From the NCBI GenBank assembly GCA_964016885.1, contig OZ024744.1:134912001-134976000 (forward strand): a DNA stretch of 64,000 nt, in the 5' to 3' direction. How positions within the stretch are numbered: position 1 is the stretch's first letter; each line of letters opens with the position of its first letter. Positions 10,950 through 23,825 of this stretch are shown in pieces. The notes below the pieces were generated by a model, which worked only from the letters and a program-made list of their open reading frames with translations, did no database searches and was not told the origin of the DNA. Both the position numbers and the translations under genes were made by a program. This DNA comes from Eledone cirrhosa. Taxonomy: Eukaryota.

Positions 10950-13062
10950 AGTCGGGGTTAAGTTAAGTTGGCGTTAAGTTAAGTTGGCGTTAAGTTAAGT
11001 TAGGCTTAACTTAAGTTGGGGTTCAGTTAAGTTGGGGGTAAGTTAAGTTGGGGGTAAGTTAAGTTGGGGTTAAGTTAAGTTGCGGTTAAGTTGGGGTTAA
11101 GTTAAGTTAGGGTTAAGTTAAGTTGGGGTTGAGTTAAGTTGGGGTTAATTAAGTGGTGGTTATGTTAAGTTGGGGTTAAGTTAAGTTGGGGTTAATTTAA
11201 TTTGGGGTTAAGTTAACTTTGTGGTTAAGTTAAGTTGGGGTTAAGTTAAGTTGGGGTAAAGTTGGGGTTGAGTTAAGTTGGGGTTGAGTGAAGTTGGGGT
11301 TAAGTTAAGTTGGGGTTAAGTTAAGTTGGGGTTAAGATAAGTCGGGGTTAAGTTAAGTTGTGGTTGATTTAAGTTGGGGTTAATTTAAGTTGGGGCTAAG
11401 TTAATTTGTGGTTAAGTTAAGTTAGGGTTAAGTTAAGTTGGGGTTAAGTTAAGTTGGGGTTGAGTTAAGTTGGGGTTGAGTTAATTTGGGGTTAAGTTAA
11501 GTTGGGGTTAAGTTAAGTTGGGTTTAAGTTAAGTTGGGGTTAAATTAAGTTGGGGTTAAATTAAGTTGGGGTTAAGTTAAGTTGGGGGTAAGTTAAGTTG
11601 GGGGCAAGTTAATTTGGGGTTAATTTAAGTTGGGGTTAAATTAAGTTGTGGTTACGTTAAGTTGGTGTTAAGTTAAGTTGGGGTTAATTTAAGTTGGGGT
11701 TAATTAAGTTGGGGTTAAGTTAAGTTGGGGTTAAGTTAAGTTGGGGTTAATTTAAGTTGGGGTTGAGTTAATATGGGGTTAAGTTAAGTTGGAGTTATAT
11801 TAAGTTGGGGTTAAGTTAAGTTGGGGTTCAGTTAAGTTGGGGTTAAGTTAAGTTGGGGTTAAGTTAAGTTGGGGCTAAGTTAAGTTGGGGCTGAGTTAAG
11901 TTGGGGCTGAGTTAAGTTGGGGCTAAGTTAAGTTGGGGTTGAGTTAAGTTGGGGTTAGTTGGGGTTAAGTTAAGTTAGGTTTAAGTTAAGTTGGGGTTAA
12001 GTTAAGTTGGGCTTAAGTTAAGTCGGGGTTAAGTTAAGTTGGGGTTAAGTTAAGTTGGGGTTAATTTAAGTTGGGGTTAAGTTAAGTTGGGGTTATGTTA
12101 AGTTGGGTTTAAGTTAAGTTGGGGTTAAGTTAAGTTGAGGTTAAATTAAGTTGGGGTTAAGTTAAGTTGAGGTTAAGTTAAGTTGGGGTTAAGTTAAGTT
12201 GGGGATAAGTTAAGTTGGGGATAATTTAAGTTGGGGTTAAGTTAAGTTGGGTTTAAGTTAAGTTGGGGTTAAGTTAAGTTGGGGTTAAGTTAAGTTGGGG
12301 TTAAGTTAAGTTGGGGTTAAGTTAAGTTGGGGCTAAGTTAAGTTGGGGCTGAGTTAAGTTGGGGTTAAGTTAAATTGGGGTTAAGTTAAGTTGGGGTTAA
12401 GTTAAGTTGGGGTTAAGTTAAGTTGGGGTTTATTTAAGTTGGGGTTAAGTTAAGTTGGGGTTCAGTTAAGTTGGGGTTCAGTTAAGTTGGGGTTAAGTTA
12501 AGTTGGGGTTAAAATGGGGTTAAATTAAGTTGGGGTTAAGTTAAGTTGGGGTTAAGTTAAGTTGGGGTTAAGCTAAGTTGGGGTTAAGTTAAGTCGGGGT
12601 TAAGTTAAGTCGGGGTTAAGTTAAGTTAGGGTTCAGTTAAGTTGGGGTTAAGTTAAGTTGGGGTTGAGTTAAGTTGGGGTTGAGTTAAGTTGGGGTTAAG
12701 TTAAGTTGGGGTTAAGTTAAGTTGCAGTTAAGTTAAGTTGAGGTTAAGTTAAGGTGCGGTTAAGTTAAGTTGGGGTTAAGTTAAGTTGGGGCTAAGTTAA
12801 GTTTGGGTTAAGTTAAGTCGGGGTTAAGTTAAGTTGGGGTTAAGTTAAGTTGGGGTTAATTTAAGTTGGGGTTAAGTTAAGTTGGGGTTAAGTTAAGTTG
12901 GGGTTAAGTTAAGTTGGGGTTGAGTTAAGTTGGGTTTAAGTTAAGTTGGGGTTAAGTTAAGTTGGTTAGTTAAGTTGAGTTTAAGTTAAGTTGGGGTTAA
13001 TTTAAGTTGGGGTTAAGTTAAGTTGGGGTTAAGTTAAGTTGGGGTTAAGTTAAGTTGGGTTT

Positions 13063-13262
13063 AACCCCAACTTAACTTAACCCCAACTTCACTCAACCCC
13101 AACGTAACTCAACCCCAACTTAACTTAACCCCAACTTCACTCAACCCCAACTTAACTTAACCCCAACTTCACTCAACACCAACTTAAGTCAACCCCAACT
13201 TAACTTAACCCCAACTTGACTTAACCCCAACTTAAATTAGCCCCAACTTAACTTAAGCCCAA
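13063..13262 (-). repeat. Inverted satellite island 5 (type B, 200 bp)
   Basis: Left junction GGGTTT|AACCCC; markers CAACACCAAC and AAATTAGCCC. Confidence 0.97.
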
Positions 13263-14079
13263 AGTCGGGGTTAAGTTAAGTTGGCGTTATGTTAAGTCAG
13301 GCTTAACTTAAGTTGGGGTTCAGTTAAGTTGGGGGTAAGTTAAGTTGCGGGTAAGTTAAGTTGGGGTTAAGTTAAGTTGCGGTTAAGTTGGGGTTAAGTT
13401 AAGTTAGGGTTAAGTTAAGTTGGGGTTGAGTTAAGTTGGGGTTAATTAAGTGGTGGTTATGTTAAGTTGGGGTTAATTTAAATTGGGGTTAAGTTAACTT
13501 TGTGGTTAAGTTAAGTTGGGGTTAAGTTAAGTTGGGGTTAAGTTGGGGTTGAGTTAAGTTGGGGTTGAGTGAAGTTGGGGTTAAGTTAAGTTGGGGTAAA
13601 GTTAAGTTGGGGTTAAGTTAAGTCGGGGTTAAGTTAAGTTGTGGTTGAGTTAAGTTGGGGTTAATTTAAGTTGGGGCTAAGTTAATTTGTGGTTAAGTTA
13701 AGTTGGGGTTAAGTTAAGTTCGGGTTAAGTTAAGTTGGGGTTGAGTTAAGTTGGGGTTGAGTTAAGTTGGGGTTAAGTTAAGTTGGGGTCAAGTTAAGTT
13801 GGGGTTAAGTTGGGGTTAAGTTAAGTTAGGTTTAAGTTAAGTTGGGGTTAAGTTAAGTTGGGGTTAAGTTAAGTTGGGGTTAAGTTAAGTTGGGGTTAAG
13901 TTAATTTGTGGTTAAGTTAAGTTGGGGTTAAGTTAAGTTGGGGTTAAGTTAAGTCGGGGTTAAGTTAAGTTGGGGTTAAGTTAAGTTGGGGTTAATTTAA
14001 GTTGGGGTTAAGTTAAGTTGGGGTTAAATTAAGTTGGGGTTAAGTTAAGTTGGGGTTAAGTTAAGTTGGTGTTAAGTTA

Positions 14080-16600
14080 AGTTGGGGCTAAGTTAAGTTG
14101 GGGCTGAGTTAAGTTGGGGCTGAGTTAAGTTGGGGCTAAGTTAAGTTGGGGTTGAGTTAAGTTGGGGTTAAGTTGGGGTTAAGTTAAGTTAGGTTTAAGT
14201 TAAGTTGGGGTTAAGTTAAGTTGGGGTTAAGTTAAGTTGGGGTTAAGTTAAGTTGGGGTTAAGTTAAGTTGGGGTTAAGTTAATTTGTGGTTAAGTTAAG
14301 TTGTGGTTAAGTTAAGTTGGGGTTAAGTTAAGTTGGGGTTAAGTTAAGTCGGGGTTAAATTAAGTTGGGGTTAAGTTAAGTTGGGGTTAATTTAAGTTGG
14401 GGTTAAGTTATGTTGGGGTTAAGTTAATTGGGGTTAAGTTAAGTTGGGGTTAAGTTAAGTTGAGGTTAAGTTAAGTTGGGGTTAAATTAAGTTGGGGTTA
14501 AGTTAAGTTGGGGTTAAGTTAAGTTGGGTTAAGTTAAGTTGGGGATAAGTTAAGTTGGGGATAATTTAAGTTGGGGTTAAGTTAAGTTGGGTTTAAGTTA
14601 AGTTGGGGTTAAGTTAAGTTGGGGCTAAGTTAAGTTGGGGCTAAGTTAAGTTGGGGTTAAATTAAGTTGGGGTTAAGTTAAGTCGGGGTTAAGTTAAGTT
14701 GGGGTTAAGTTAAGTTGGGGTTAATTTAAGTTGGGGTTGAGTTAAGTTGGTGTTGAGTTAAGTTGGGGTTAAGTTAAGTTGGGGTTAAGTTAAGTTGCAG
14801 TTAAGTTAAGTTGAGGTTAAGTTAAGGTGCGGTTAAGTTAAGTTGGGGTTAAGTTAAGTTGGGGCTAAGTTAAGTTGGGGCTAAGTTACGTTGGGGTTAA
14901 GTTAAGTTGGGGTTAAGTTAAGTCGGGGTTAAGTTAAGTTGGGGTTAAGTTAAGTTGGGGTTAATTTAAGTTGGGGTTAAGTTAAGTTGGGGTTAATTTA
15001 AGTTGGGGTTGAGTTAAGTTGGGGTTAAGTTAAGTTGGGGTTATATTAAGTTGGGGTTAAGTTAAGTTGGGGTTCAGTTAAGTTGGGGTTAAGTTAAGTT
15101 GGGGTTAAGTTAAGTTGGGGCTAAGTTAAGTTGGGGCTGAGTTAAGTTGGGGCTGAGTTAAGTTGGGGCTAAGTTAAGTTGGGGTTGAGTTAAGTTGGGG
15201 TTAAGTTGGGGTTAAGTTAAGTTAGGTTTAAGTTAAGTTGGGGTTAAGTTAAGTTGGGGTTAAGTTAAGTTGGGGTTAAGTCAAGTTGGGGTTAAGTTAA
15301 GTTGGGGTTAAGTTAAGTTGGGGTTAAATTAAGTTGGGGTTAAGTTAAGTTGGGGTTAAGTTAAGTTGGGGTTAAGTTAAGTTGGGGCTAAGTTAAGTTG
15401 GGGCTGAGTTAAGTTGGGGCTGAGTTAAGTTGGGGCTAAGTTAAGTTGGGGTTGAGTTAAGTTGGGGTTAAGTTGGGGTTAAGTTAAGTTAGGTTTAAGT
15501 TAAGTTGGGGTTAAGTTAAGTTGGGGTTAAGTTAAGTTGGGGTTAAGTTAAGTTGGGGTTAAGTTAAGTTGGGGTTAAGTTAATTTGTGGTTAAGTTAAG
15601 TTGTGGTTAAGTTAAGTTGGGGTTAAGTTAAGTTGGGGTTAAGTTAAGTCGGGGTTAAATTAAGTTGGGGTTAAGTTAAGTTGGGGTTAATTTAAGTTGG
15701 GGTTAAGTTATGTTGGGGTTAAGTTAATTGGGGTTAAGTTAAGTTGGGGTTAAGTTAAGTTGAGGTTAAGTTAAGTTGGGGTTAAATTAAGTTGGGGTTA
15801 AGTTAAGTTGGGGTTAAGTTAAGTTGGGTTAAGTTAAGTTGGGGATAAGTTAAGTTGGGGATAATTTAAGTTGGGGTTAAGTTAAGTTGGGTTTAAGTTA
15901 AGTTGGGGTTAAGTTAAGTTGGGGCTAAGTTAAGTTGGGGCTAAGTTAAGTTGGGGTTAAATTAAGTTGGGGTTAAGTTAAGTCGGGGTTAAGTTAAGTT
16001 GGGGTTAAGTTAAGTTGGGGTTAATTTAAGTTGGGGTTGAGTTAAGTTGGTGTTGAGTTAAGTTGGGGTTAAGTTAAGTTGGGGTTAAGTTAAGTTGCAG
16101 TTAAGTTAAGTTGAGGTTAAGTTAAGGTGCGGTTAAGTTAAGTTGGGGTTAAGTTAAGTTGGGGCTAAGTTAAGTTGGGGCTAAGTTACGTTGGGGTTAA
16201 GTTAAGTTGGGGTTAAGTTAAGTCGGGGTTAAGTTAAGTTGGGGTTAAGTTAAGTTGGGGTTAATTTAAGTTGGGGTTAAGTTAAGTTGGGGTTAATTTA
16301 AGTTGGGGTTGAGTTAAGTTGGGGTTAAGTTAAGTTGGGGTTATATTAAGTTGGGGTTAAGTTAAGTTGGGGTTCAGTTAAGTTGGGGTTAAGTTAAGTT
16401 GGGGTTAAGTTAAGTTGGGGCTAAGTTAAGTTGGGGCTGAGTTAAGTTGGGGCTGAGTTAAGTTGGGGCTAAGTTAAGTTGGGGTTGAGTTAAGTTGGGG
16501 TTAATTTGGGGTTAAGTTAAGTTAGGTTTAAGTTAAGTTGGGGTTAAGTTAAGTTGGGGTTAAGTTAAGTTGGGGTTAAGTCAAGTTGGGGTTAAGTTAA
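14080..16600 (+). repeat. 1300-bp tandem duplication lacking an island (also present in the second 18-kb copy; approximate ends)
   Basis: CTAAGTTACG at 14881/16181; TCAAG at 15281/16581; TTATGTT and the three-G monomer TTGGGTTAAG are also paired. Confidence 0.85.
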
Positions 16601-17769
16601 GTTGGGGTGAAGTTAATTTGTGGTTAAGTTAAGTTGTGGTTAAGTTAAGTTGGGGTTAAGTTAAGTTGGGCTTAAGTTAAGTCGGGGTTAAGTTAAGTTG
16701 GGGTTAAGTTAAGTTGGGGTTAATTTAAGTTGGGGTTAAGTTAAGTTGGGGTTATGTTAAGTTGGGTTTAAGTTAAGTTGGGGTTAAGTTAAGTTGAGGT
16801 TAAGTTAAGTTGGGGTTAAATTAAGTTGGGGTTAAGTTAAGTTGGGGTTAAGTTAAGTTGGGGTTAAGTTAAGTTGGGGATAAGTTAAGTTGGGGATAAT
16901 TTAAGTTGGGGTTAAGTTAAGTTGGGTTTAAGTTAAGTTGGGGTTAAGTTAAGTTGGGGTTAAGTTAAGTTGGGGTTAAGTTAAGTTGGGGTTAAGTTAA
17001 GTTGGGGCTAAGTTAAGTTGGGGCTGAGTTAAGTTGGGGTTAAGTTAAATTGGGGTTAAGTTAAGTTGGGGTTAAGTTAAGTTGGGGTTAAGTTAAGTTG
17101 GGGTTTATTTAAGTTGGGGTTAAGTTAAGTTGGGGTTCAGTTAAGTTGGGGTTCAGTTAAGTTGGGGTTAAGTTAAGTTGGGTTTAAGATGGGGTTAAAT
17201 TAAGTTGGGGTTAAGTTAAGTTGGGGTTAAGTTAAGTTGGGGTTAAGCTAAGTTGGGGTTAAGTTAAGTCGGGGTTAAGTTAAGTCGGGGTTAAGTTAAG
17301 TTAGGGTTCAGTTAAGTTAGGGTTAAGTTAAGTTGGGGTTGAGTTAAGTTGGGGTTGAGTTAAGTTGGGGTTAAGTTAAGTTGGGGTTAAGTTAAGTTGC
17401 AGTTAAGTTAAGTTGAGGTTAAGTTAAGGTGCGGTTAAGTTAAGTTGGGGTTAAGTTAAGTTGGGGCTAAGTTAAGTTGGGGCTAAGTTAAGTTGGGGCT
17501 AAGTTAAGTTTGGGTTAAGTTAAGTCGGGGTTAAGTTAAGTTGGGGTTAAGTTAAGTTGGGGTTAATTTAAGTTGGGGTTAAGTTAAGTTGGGGTTAAGT
17601 TAAGTTGGGGTTAAGTTAAGTTGGGGTTGAGTTAAGTTGGGTTTAAGTTAAGTTGGGGTTAAGTTAAGTTGGTTAGTTAAGTTGAGTTTAAGTTAAGTTG
17701 GGGTTAATTTAAGTTGGGGTTAAGTTAAGTTGGGGTTAAGTTAAGTTGGGGTTAAGTTAAGTTGGGTTT

Positions 17770-17969
17770 AACCCCAACTTAACTTAACCCCAACTTCACT
17801 CAACCCCAACGTAACTCAACCCCAACTTAACTTAACCCCAACTTCACTCAACCCCAACTTAACTTAACCCCAACTTTACTCAACACCAACTTAAGTCAAC
17901 CCCAACTTAACTTAACCCCAACTTGACTTAACCCCAACTTAAATTAGCCCCAACTTAACTTAAGCCCAA
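17770..17969 (-). repeat. Inverted satellite island 6 (type B, 200 bp)
   Basis: Type B markers plus private AACTTTACTC. Confidence 0.97.
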
Positions 17970-20900
17970 AGTCGGGGTTAAGTTAAGTTGGCGTTATGTT
18001 AACTCAGGCTTAACTTAAGTTGGGGTTCAGTTAAGTTGGGGGTAAGTTAAGTTGCGGGTAAGTTAAGTTGGGGTTAAGTTAAGTTGCGGTTAAGTTGGGG
18101 TTAAGTTAAGTTAGGGTTAAGTTAAGTTGGGGTTGAGTTAAGTTGGGGTTAATTAAGTGGTGGTTATGTTAAGTTGGGGTTAATTTAAATTGGGGTTAAG
18201 TTAACTTTGTGGTTAAGTTAAGTTGGGGTTAAGTTAAGTTGGGGTTAAGTTGGGGTTGAGTTAAGTTGGGGTTGAGTGAAGTTGGGGTTAAGTTAAGTTG
18301 GGGTAAAGTTAAGTTGGGGTTAAGTTAAGTCGGGGTTAAGTTAAGTTGTGGTTGAGTTAAGTTGGGGTTAATTTAAGTTGGGGCTAAGTTAATTTGTGGT
18401 TAAGTTAAGTTGGGGTTAAGTTAAGTTGGGGTTAAGTTAAGTTGGGGTTGAGTTAAGTTGGGGTTGAGTTAAGTTGGGGTTAAGTTAAGTTGGGGTCAAG
18501 TTAAGTTGGGGTTAAGTTGGGGTTAAGTAAAGTTAGGTTTAAGTTAAGTTGGGGTTAAGTTAAGTTGGGGTTAAGTTAAGTTGGGGTTAAGTTAAGTTGG
18601 GGTTAACTTAAGTTGGGGTTAAGTTAATTTGTGGTTAAGTTAAGTTGGGGTTAAGTTAAGTTGGGGTTAAGTTAAGTCGGGGTTAAGTTAAGTTGGGGTT
18701 AAGTTAAGTTGGGGTTAATTTAAGTTGGGGTTAAGTTAAGTTGGGGTTAAATTAAGTTGGGGTTAAGTTAAGTTGGGGTTAAGTTAAGTTGGTGTTAAGT
18801 TAAGTTGGGGCTAAGTTAAGTTGGGGCTGAGTTAAGTTGGGGCTGAGTTAAGTTGGGGCTAAGTTAAGTTGGGGTTGAGTTAAGTTGGGGTTAAGTTGGG
18901 GTTAAGTTAAGTTAGGTTTAAGTTAAGTTGGGGTTAAGTTAAGTTGGGGTTAAGTTAAGTTGGGGTTAAGTTAAGTTGGGGTTAAGTTAAGTTGGGGTTA
19001 AGTTAATTTGTGGTTAAGTTAAGTTGTGGTTAAGTTAAGTTGGGGTTAAGTTAAGTTGGGGTTAAGTTAAGTCGGGGTTAAATTAAGTTGGGGTTAAGTT
19101 AAGTTGGGGTTAATTTAAGTTGGGGTTAAGTTATGTTGGGGTTAAGTTAATTGGGGTTAAGTTAAGTTGAGGTTAAGTTAAGTTGGGGTTAAATTAAGTT
19201 GGGGTTAAGTTAAGTTGGGGTTAAGTTAAGTTGGGTTAAGTTAAGTTGGGGATAAGTTAAGTTGGGGATAATTTAAGTTGGGGTTAAGTTAAGTTGGGTT
19301 TAAGTTAAGTTGGGGTTAAGTTAAGTTGGGGCTAAGTTAAGTTGGGGCTAAGTTAAGTTGGGGTTAAGTTAAGTTGGGGTTAAGTTAAGTCGGGGTTAAG
19401 TTAAGTTGGGGTTAAGTTAAGTTGGGGTTAATTTAAGTTGGGGTTGAGTTAAGTTGGTGTTGAGTTAAGTTGGGGTTAAGTTAAGTTGGGGTTAAGTTAA
19501 GTTGCAGTTAAGTTAAGTTGAGGTTAAGTTAAGGTGCGGTTAAGTTAAGTTGGGGTTAAGTTAAGTTGGGGCTAAGTTAAGTTGGGGCTAAGTTACGTTG
19601 GGGTTAAGTTAAGTTGGGGTTAAGTTAAGTCGGGGTTAAGTTAAGTTGGGGTTAAGTTAAGTTGGGGTTAATTTAAGTTGGGGTTAAGTTAATTTGGGGT
19701 TAAGTTAAGTTGGGGTTAAGTTAAGTTGGGGTTAAGTTAAGTCGGGGTTAATTTAAGTCGGGGTTAAGTTAAGTTAGGGTTCAGTTAAGTTGGGGTTAAG
19801 TTAAGTTGGGGTTGAGTTAAGTTGGGGTTGAGTTAAATTGGGGTTGAGTTAAGTTGGGGTTGAGTTAAGTTGGTGTTGAGTTAAGTTGGGGTTAAGTTAA
19901 GTTGGGGTTAAGTTAAGTTGCAGTTAAGTTAAGTTGAGGTTAAGTTAAGGTGGGGTTAAGTTAAGTCGGGGTTAAGTTAAGTTGTGGTTGAGTTAAGTTG
20001 GGGTTAAGTTAAGTTGGGGTTAAGTTAAGTTGGGGTTGAGTTAAGTTGGGGTTGAGTTAATTTGGGGTTAAGTTAAGTTGGGGTTAAGTTAAGTTGGGTT
20101 TAAGTTAAGTTGGGGTTAAATTAAGTTGGGGTTAAATTAAGTTGGGGTTAAGTTAAGTTGGGGGTAAGTTAAGTTGGGGGCAAGTTAAGTTGGGGTTAAT
20201 TTAAGTTGGGGTTAAATTAAGTTGGGGTTACGTTAAGTTGGTGTTAAGTTAAGTTGGGGTTAATTTAAGTTGGGGTTAATTAAGTTGGGGTTAAGTTAAG
20301 TTGGGGTTAAGTTAAGTTGGGGTTAATTTAAGTTGGGGTTGAGTTAAGTTGGGGTTAAGTTAAGTTGGGGTTATATTAAGTTGGGGTTAAGTTAAGTTGG
20401 GGTTCAGTTAAGTTGGGGATAAGTTAAGTTGGGGTTAAGTTAAGTTGGGGTTAATTAAGTTGGGGTTAAGTTAAGTTGGGGTTAAGTTAAGTTGGGGCTA
20501 AGTTAAGTTGGGGCTGAGTTAAGTTGGGGCTGAGTTAAGTTGGGGTTAAGTTAAGTTGGGGTTGAGTTAAGTTGGGGTTAAGTTAAGTTGGGGTCAAGTT
20601 AAGTTGGGGTTAAGTTGGGGTTAAGTTAAGTTAGGTTTAAGTTAAGTTGGGGTTAAGTTAAGTTGGGGTTAAGTTAAGTTGGGGTTAAGTTAAGTTGGGG
20701 TTAAGTTAATTTGTGGTTTAGTTAAGTTGGGGTTAAGTTAAGTTGGGGTTAAGTTAAGTTGGGGTTAAGTTAAGTCGGGGTTAAGTTAAGTTGGGGTTAA
20801 GTTAAGTGGGGTTAAGTTAAGTTGGGGTTAAGTTAAGTTGGGGTTAAGTTAAGTTGGGGTTAAGTTAAGTTGAGGTTAAGTTAAGTTGGGGTTAAATTAA

Positions 20901-21688
20901 GTTGGGGTTAAGTTAAGTTGGGGTTAAGTTAAGTTGGGGTTAAGTTAAGTTGGGGATAAGTTAAGTTGGGGATAATTTAAGTTGGGGTTAAGTTAAGTTG
21001 GGTTTAAGTTAAGTTGGGGTTAAGTTAAGTTGGGGTTAAGTTAAGTTGGGGTTAAGTTAAGTTGGGGCTAAGTTAAGTTGGGGCTGAGTTAAGTTGGGGT
21101 TAATTTAAGTTGGGGTTAAGTTAAGTTGGGATTAATTTAAGTTGGGGTTTATTTAAGTTGGGGTTAAGTTAAGTTGGGGTTCAGTTAAGTTGGGGTTAAG
21201 TTAAGTTGGGGTTAAGATGGGGTTAAATTAAGTTGGGGTTAAGTTAAGTTGGGGTTAAGTTAAGTTGGGGATAAGTTAAGTTGGGGTTAAGTTAAATCGG
21301 GGTTAAGTTAAGTCGGGGTTAAGTTAAGTTAGGGTTCTGTTAAGTTGGGGTTAAGTTAAGTTGGGGTTGAGTTAAGTTGGGGTTGAGTTAAATTGGGGTT
21401 GAGTTAAGTTGGGGTTGAGTTAAGTTGGTGTTGAGTTAAGTTGGGGTTAAGTTAAGTTGGGGTTAAGTTAAGTTGCAGTTAAGTTAAGTTGAGGTTAAGT
21501 TAAGGTGCGGTTAAGTTAAGTTGGGGTTAAGTTAAGTTGGGGCTAAGTTAAGTTGGGGCTAAGTTAAGTTGGGGCTAAGTTAAGTCGGGGTTAAGTTAAG
21601 TTGGGGTTAAGTTAAGTTGGGGTTAATTTAAGTTGGGGTTAAGTTAAGTTGGGGTTAAGTTAAGTTGGGGTTAAGTTAAGTTGGGGTT

Positions 21689-21904
21689 AACCCCAACTTA
21701 ACTTAACCCCAACTTAACTTAACCCCAACTTCACTCAACCCCAACGTAACTCAACCCCAACTTAACTTAACCCCAACTTCACTCAACCCCAACTTAACTT
21801 AACCCCAACTTCACTCAACCCCAACTTAAGTCAACCCCAACTTAACTTAACCCCAACTTGACTTAACCCCAACTTAACTTAGCCCCAACTTAACTTAAGC
21901 CCAA
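21689..21904 (-). repeat. Inverted satellite island 7 (type C, 216 bp)
   Basis: One extra consensus monomer at the left; AACTTAAGTCAACCCC intact. Confidence 0.97.
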
Positions 21905-23825
21905 AGTCGGGGTTAAGTTAAGTTGGCGTTAAGTTAAGTTAGGCTTAACTTAAGTTGGGGGTAAGTTAAGTTGGGGGTAAGTTAAGTTGGGGTTAAGTTA
22001 AGTTGCGGTTAAGTTGGGGTTAAGTTAAGTTAGGGTTAAGTTAAGTTGGCGTTGAGTTAAGTTGGGGTTAATTAAGTGGTGGTTATGTTAAGTTGGGGTT
22101 AATTTAAATTGGGGTGAAGTTAACTTTGTGGTTAAGTTAAGTAGGGGTTAAGTTAAGTTGGGGTTAAGTTGGGGTTGAGTTAAGTTGGGGTTGAGTGAAG
22201 TTGGGGTTAAGTTAAGTTGGGGTAAAGTTAAGTTGGGGTTAAGTTAAGTCGGGGTTAAGTTAAGTTGTGGTTGAGTTAAGTTGGGGTTAATTTAAGTTGG
22301 GGCTAAGTTAATTTGTGGTTAAGTTAAGTTGCAGTTAAGTTAAGTTGAGGTTAAGTTAAGTTGGGGTTAAGTTAAGTTGGGGTTAAGTTAAGTTGGGGTT
22401 CAGTTAAGTTGGGGTTAAGTTAAGTTGGGGTTAAGATGGGGTTAAATTAAGTTGGGGTTAAGTTAATTTAGGGTTAAGTTAAGTTGGGCTTAAGTTAAGT
22501 CGGGGTTAAGTTAAGTCGGGGTTAAGTTAAGTCGGGGTTAAGTTAAGTTAGGGTTCAGTTAAGTTGGGGTTAAGTTAAGTTGGGGTTGAGTTAAGTTGGG
22601 GTTGAGTTAAATTGGGGTTGAGTTAAGTTGGGGTTGAGTTAAGTTGGTGTTGAGTTAAGTTGGGGTTAAGTTAAGTTGGGGTTAAGTTAAGTTGCAGGTA
22701 AGTTAAGTTGAGGTTAAGTTAAGGTGCGGTTAAGTTAAGTTGGGGTTAAGTTAAGTTGGGGTTAAGTTGGGGTTAAGTTAAGTTAGGTTTAAGTTAAGTT
22801 GGGGTTAAGTTAAGTTGGGGTTAAGTTAAGTTGGGGTTAAGTTAAGTTGGGGTTAAGTTAAGTTGGGGTTAAGTTAATTTGTGGTTTAGTTAAGTTGGGG
22901 TTGAGTTAAGTTGGGGTTAAGTTAAGTTGGGGTTAAGTTAAGTCGGGGTTAAGTTAAGTTGGGGTTAAGTTAAGTTGGGGTTAAGTTAAGTTGGGGTTAA
23001 GTTAAGTTGGGGTTAAGTTAAGTTGAGGTTAAGTTAAGTTGGGGTTAAATTAAGTTGGGGTTAAGTTAAGTTGGGGTTAAGTTAAGTTGGGGTTAAGTTA
23101 AGTTGGGGATAAGTTAAGTTGGGGATAATTTAAGTTGGGGTTAAGTTAAGTTGGGTTTAAGTTAAGTTGGGGTTAAGTTAAGTTGGGGTTAAGTTAAGTT
23201 GGGGTTAAGTTAAGTTGGGGCTAAGTTAAGTTGGGGCTGAGTTAAGTTGGGGTTAATTTAAGTTGGGGTTAAGTTAAGTTGGGATTAATTTAAGTTGGGG
23301 TTTATTTAAGTTGGGGTTAAGTTAAGTTGGGGTTCAGTTAAGTTGGGGTTAAGTTAAGTTGGGGTTAAGATGGGGTTAAATTAAGTTGGGGTTAAGTTAA
23401 GTTGGGGTTAAGTTAAGTTGGGGTTAAGTTAAGTTGGGGTTAAGTTAAGTCGGGGTTAAGTTAAGTCGGGGTTAAGTTAAGTTAGGGTTCTGTTAAGTTG
23501 GGGTTAAGTTAAGTTGGGGTTGAGTTAAGTTGGGGTTGAGTTAAATTGGGGTTGAGTTAAATTGGGGTTGAGTTAAGTTGGTTTTGAGTTAAGTTGGGGT
23601 TAAGTTAAGTTGGGGTTAAGTTAAGTTGCAGTTAAGTTAAGTTGAGGTTAAGTTAAGGTGCGGTTAAGTTAAGTTGGGGTTAAGTTAAGTTGGGGCTAAG
23701 TTAAGTTGGGGCTAAGTTAAGTTGGGGCTAAGTTAAGTCGGGGTTAAGTTAAGTTGGGGTTAAGTTAAGTTGGGGTTAAGTTAAGTTGGGGTTAAGTTAA
23801 GTTGGGGTTAAGTTAAGTTGGGGTT

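Larger units (their letters stand above)
7530..11500 (+). repeat. ~2-kb tandem duplication (two copies, each with one island; approximate ends)
   Basis: Private markers TACTTT at 8611/10601 and GGGATTAAG near 8083/10073 (offset 1990); islands at 8801/10775 (offset 1974, one monomer less). Confidence 0.88.
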
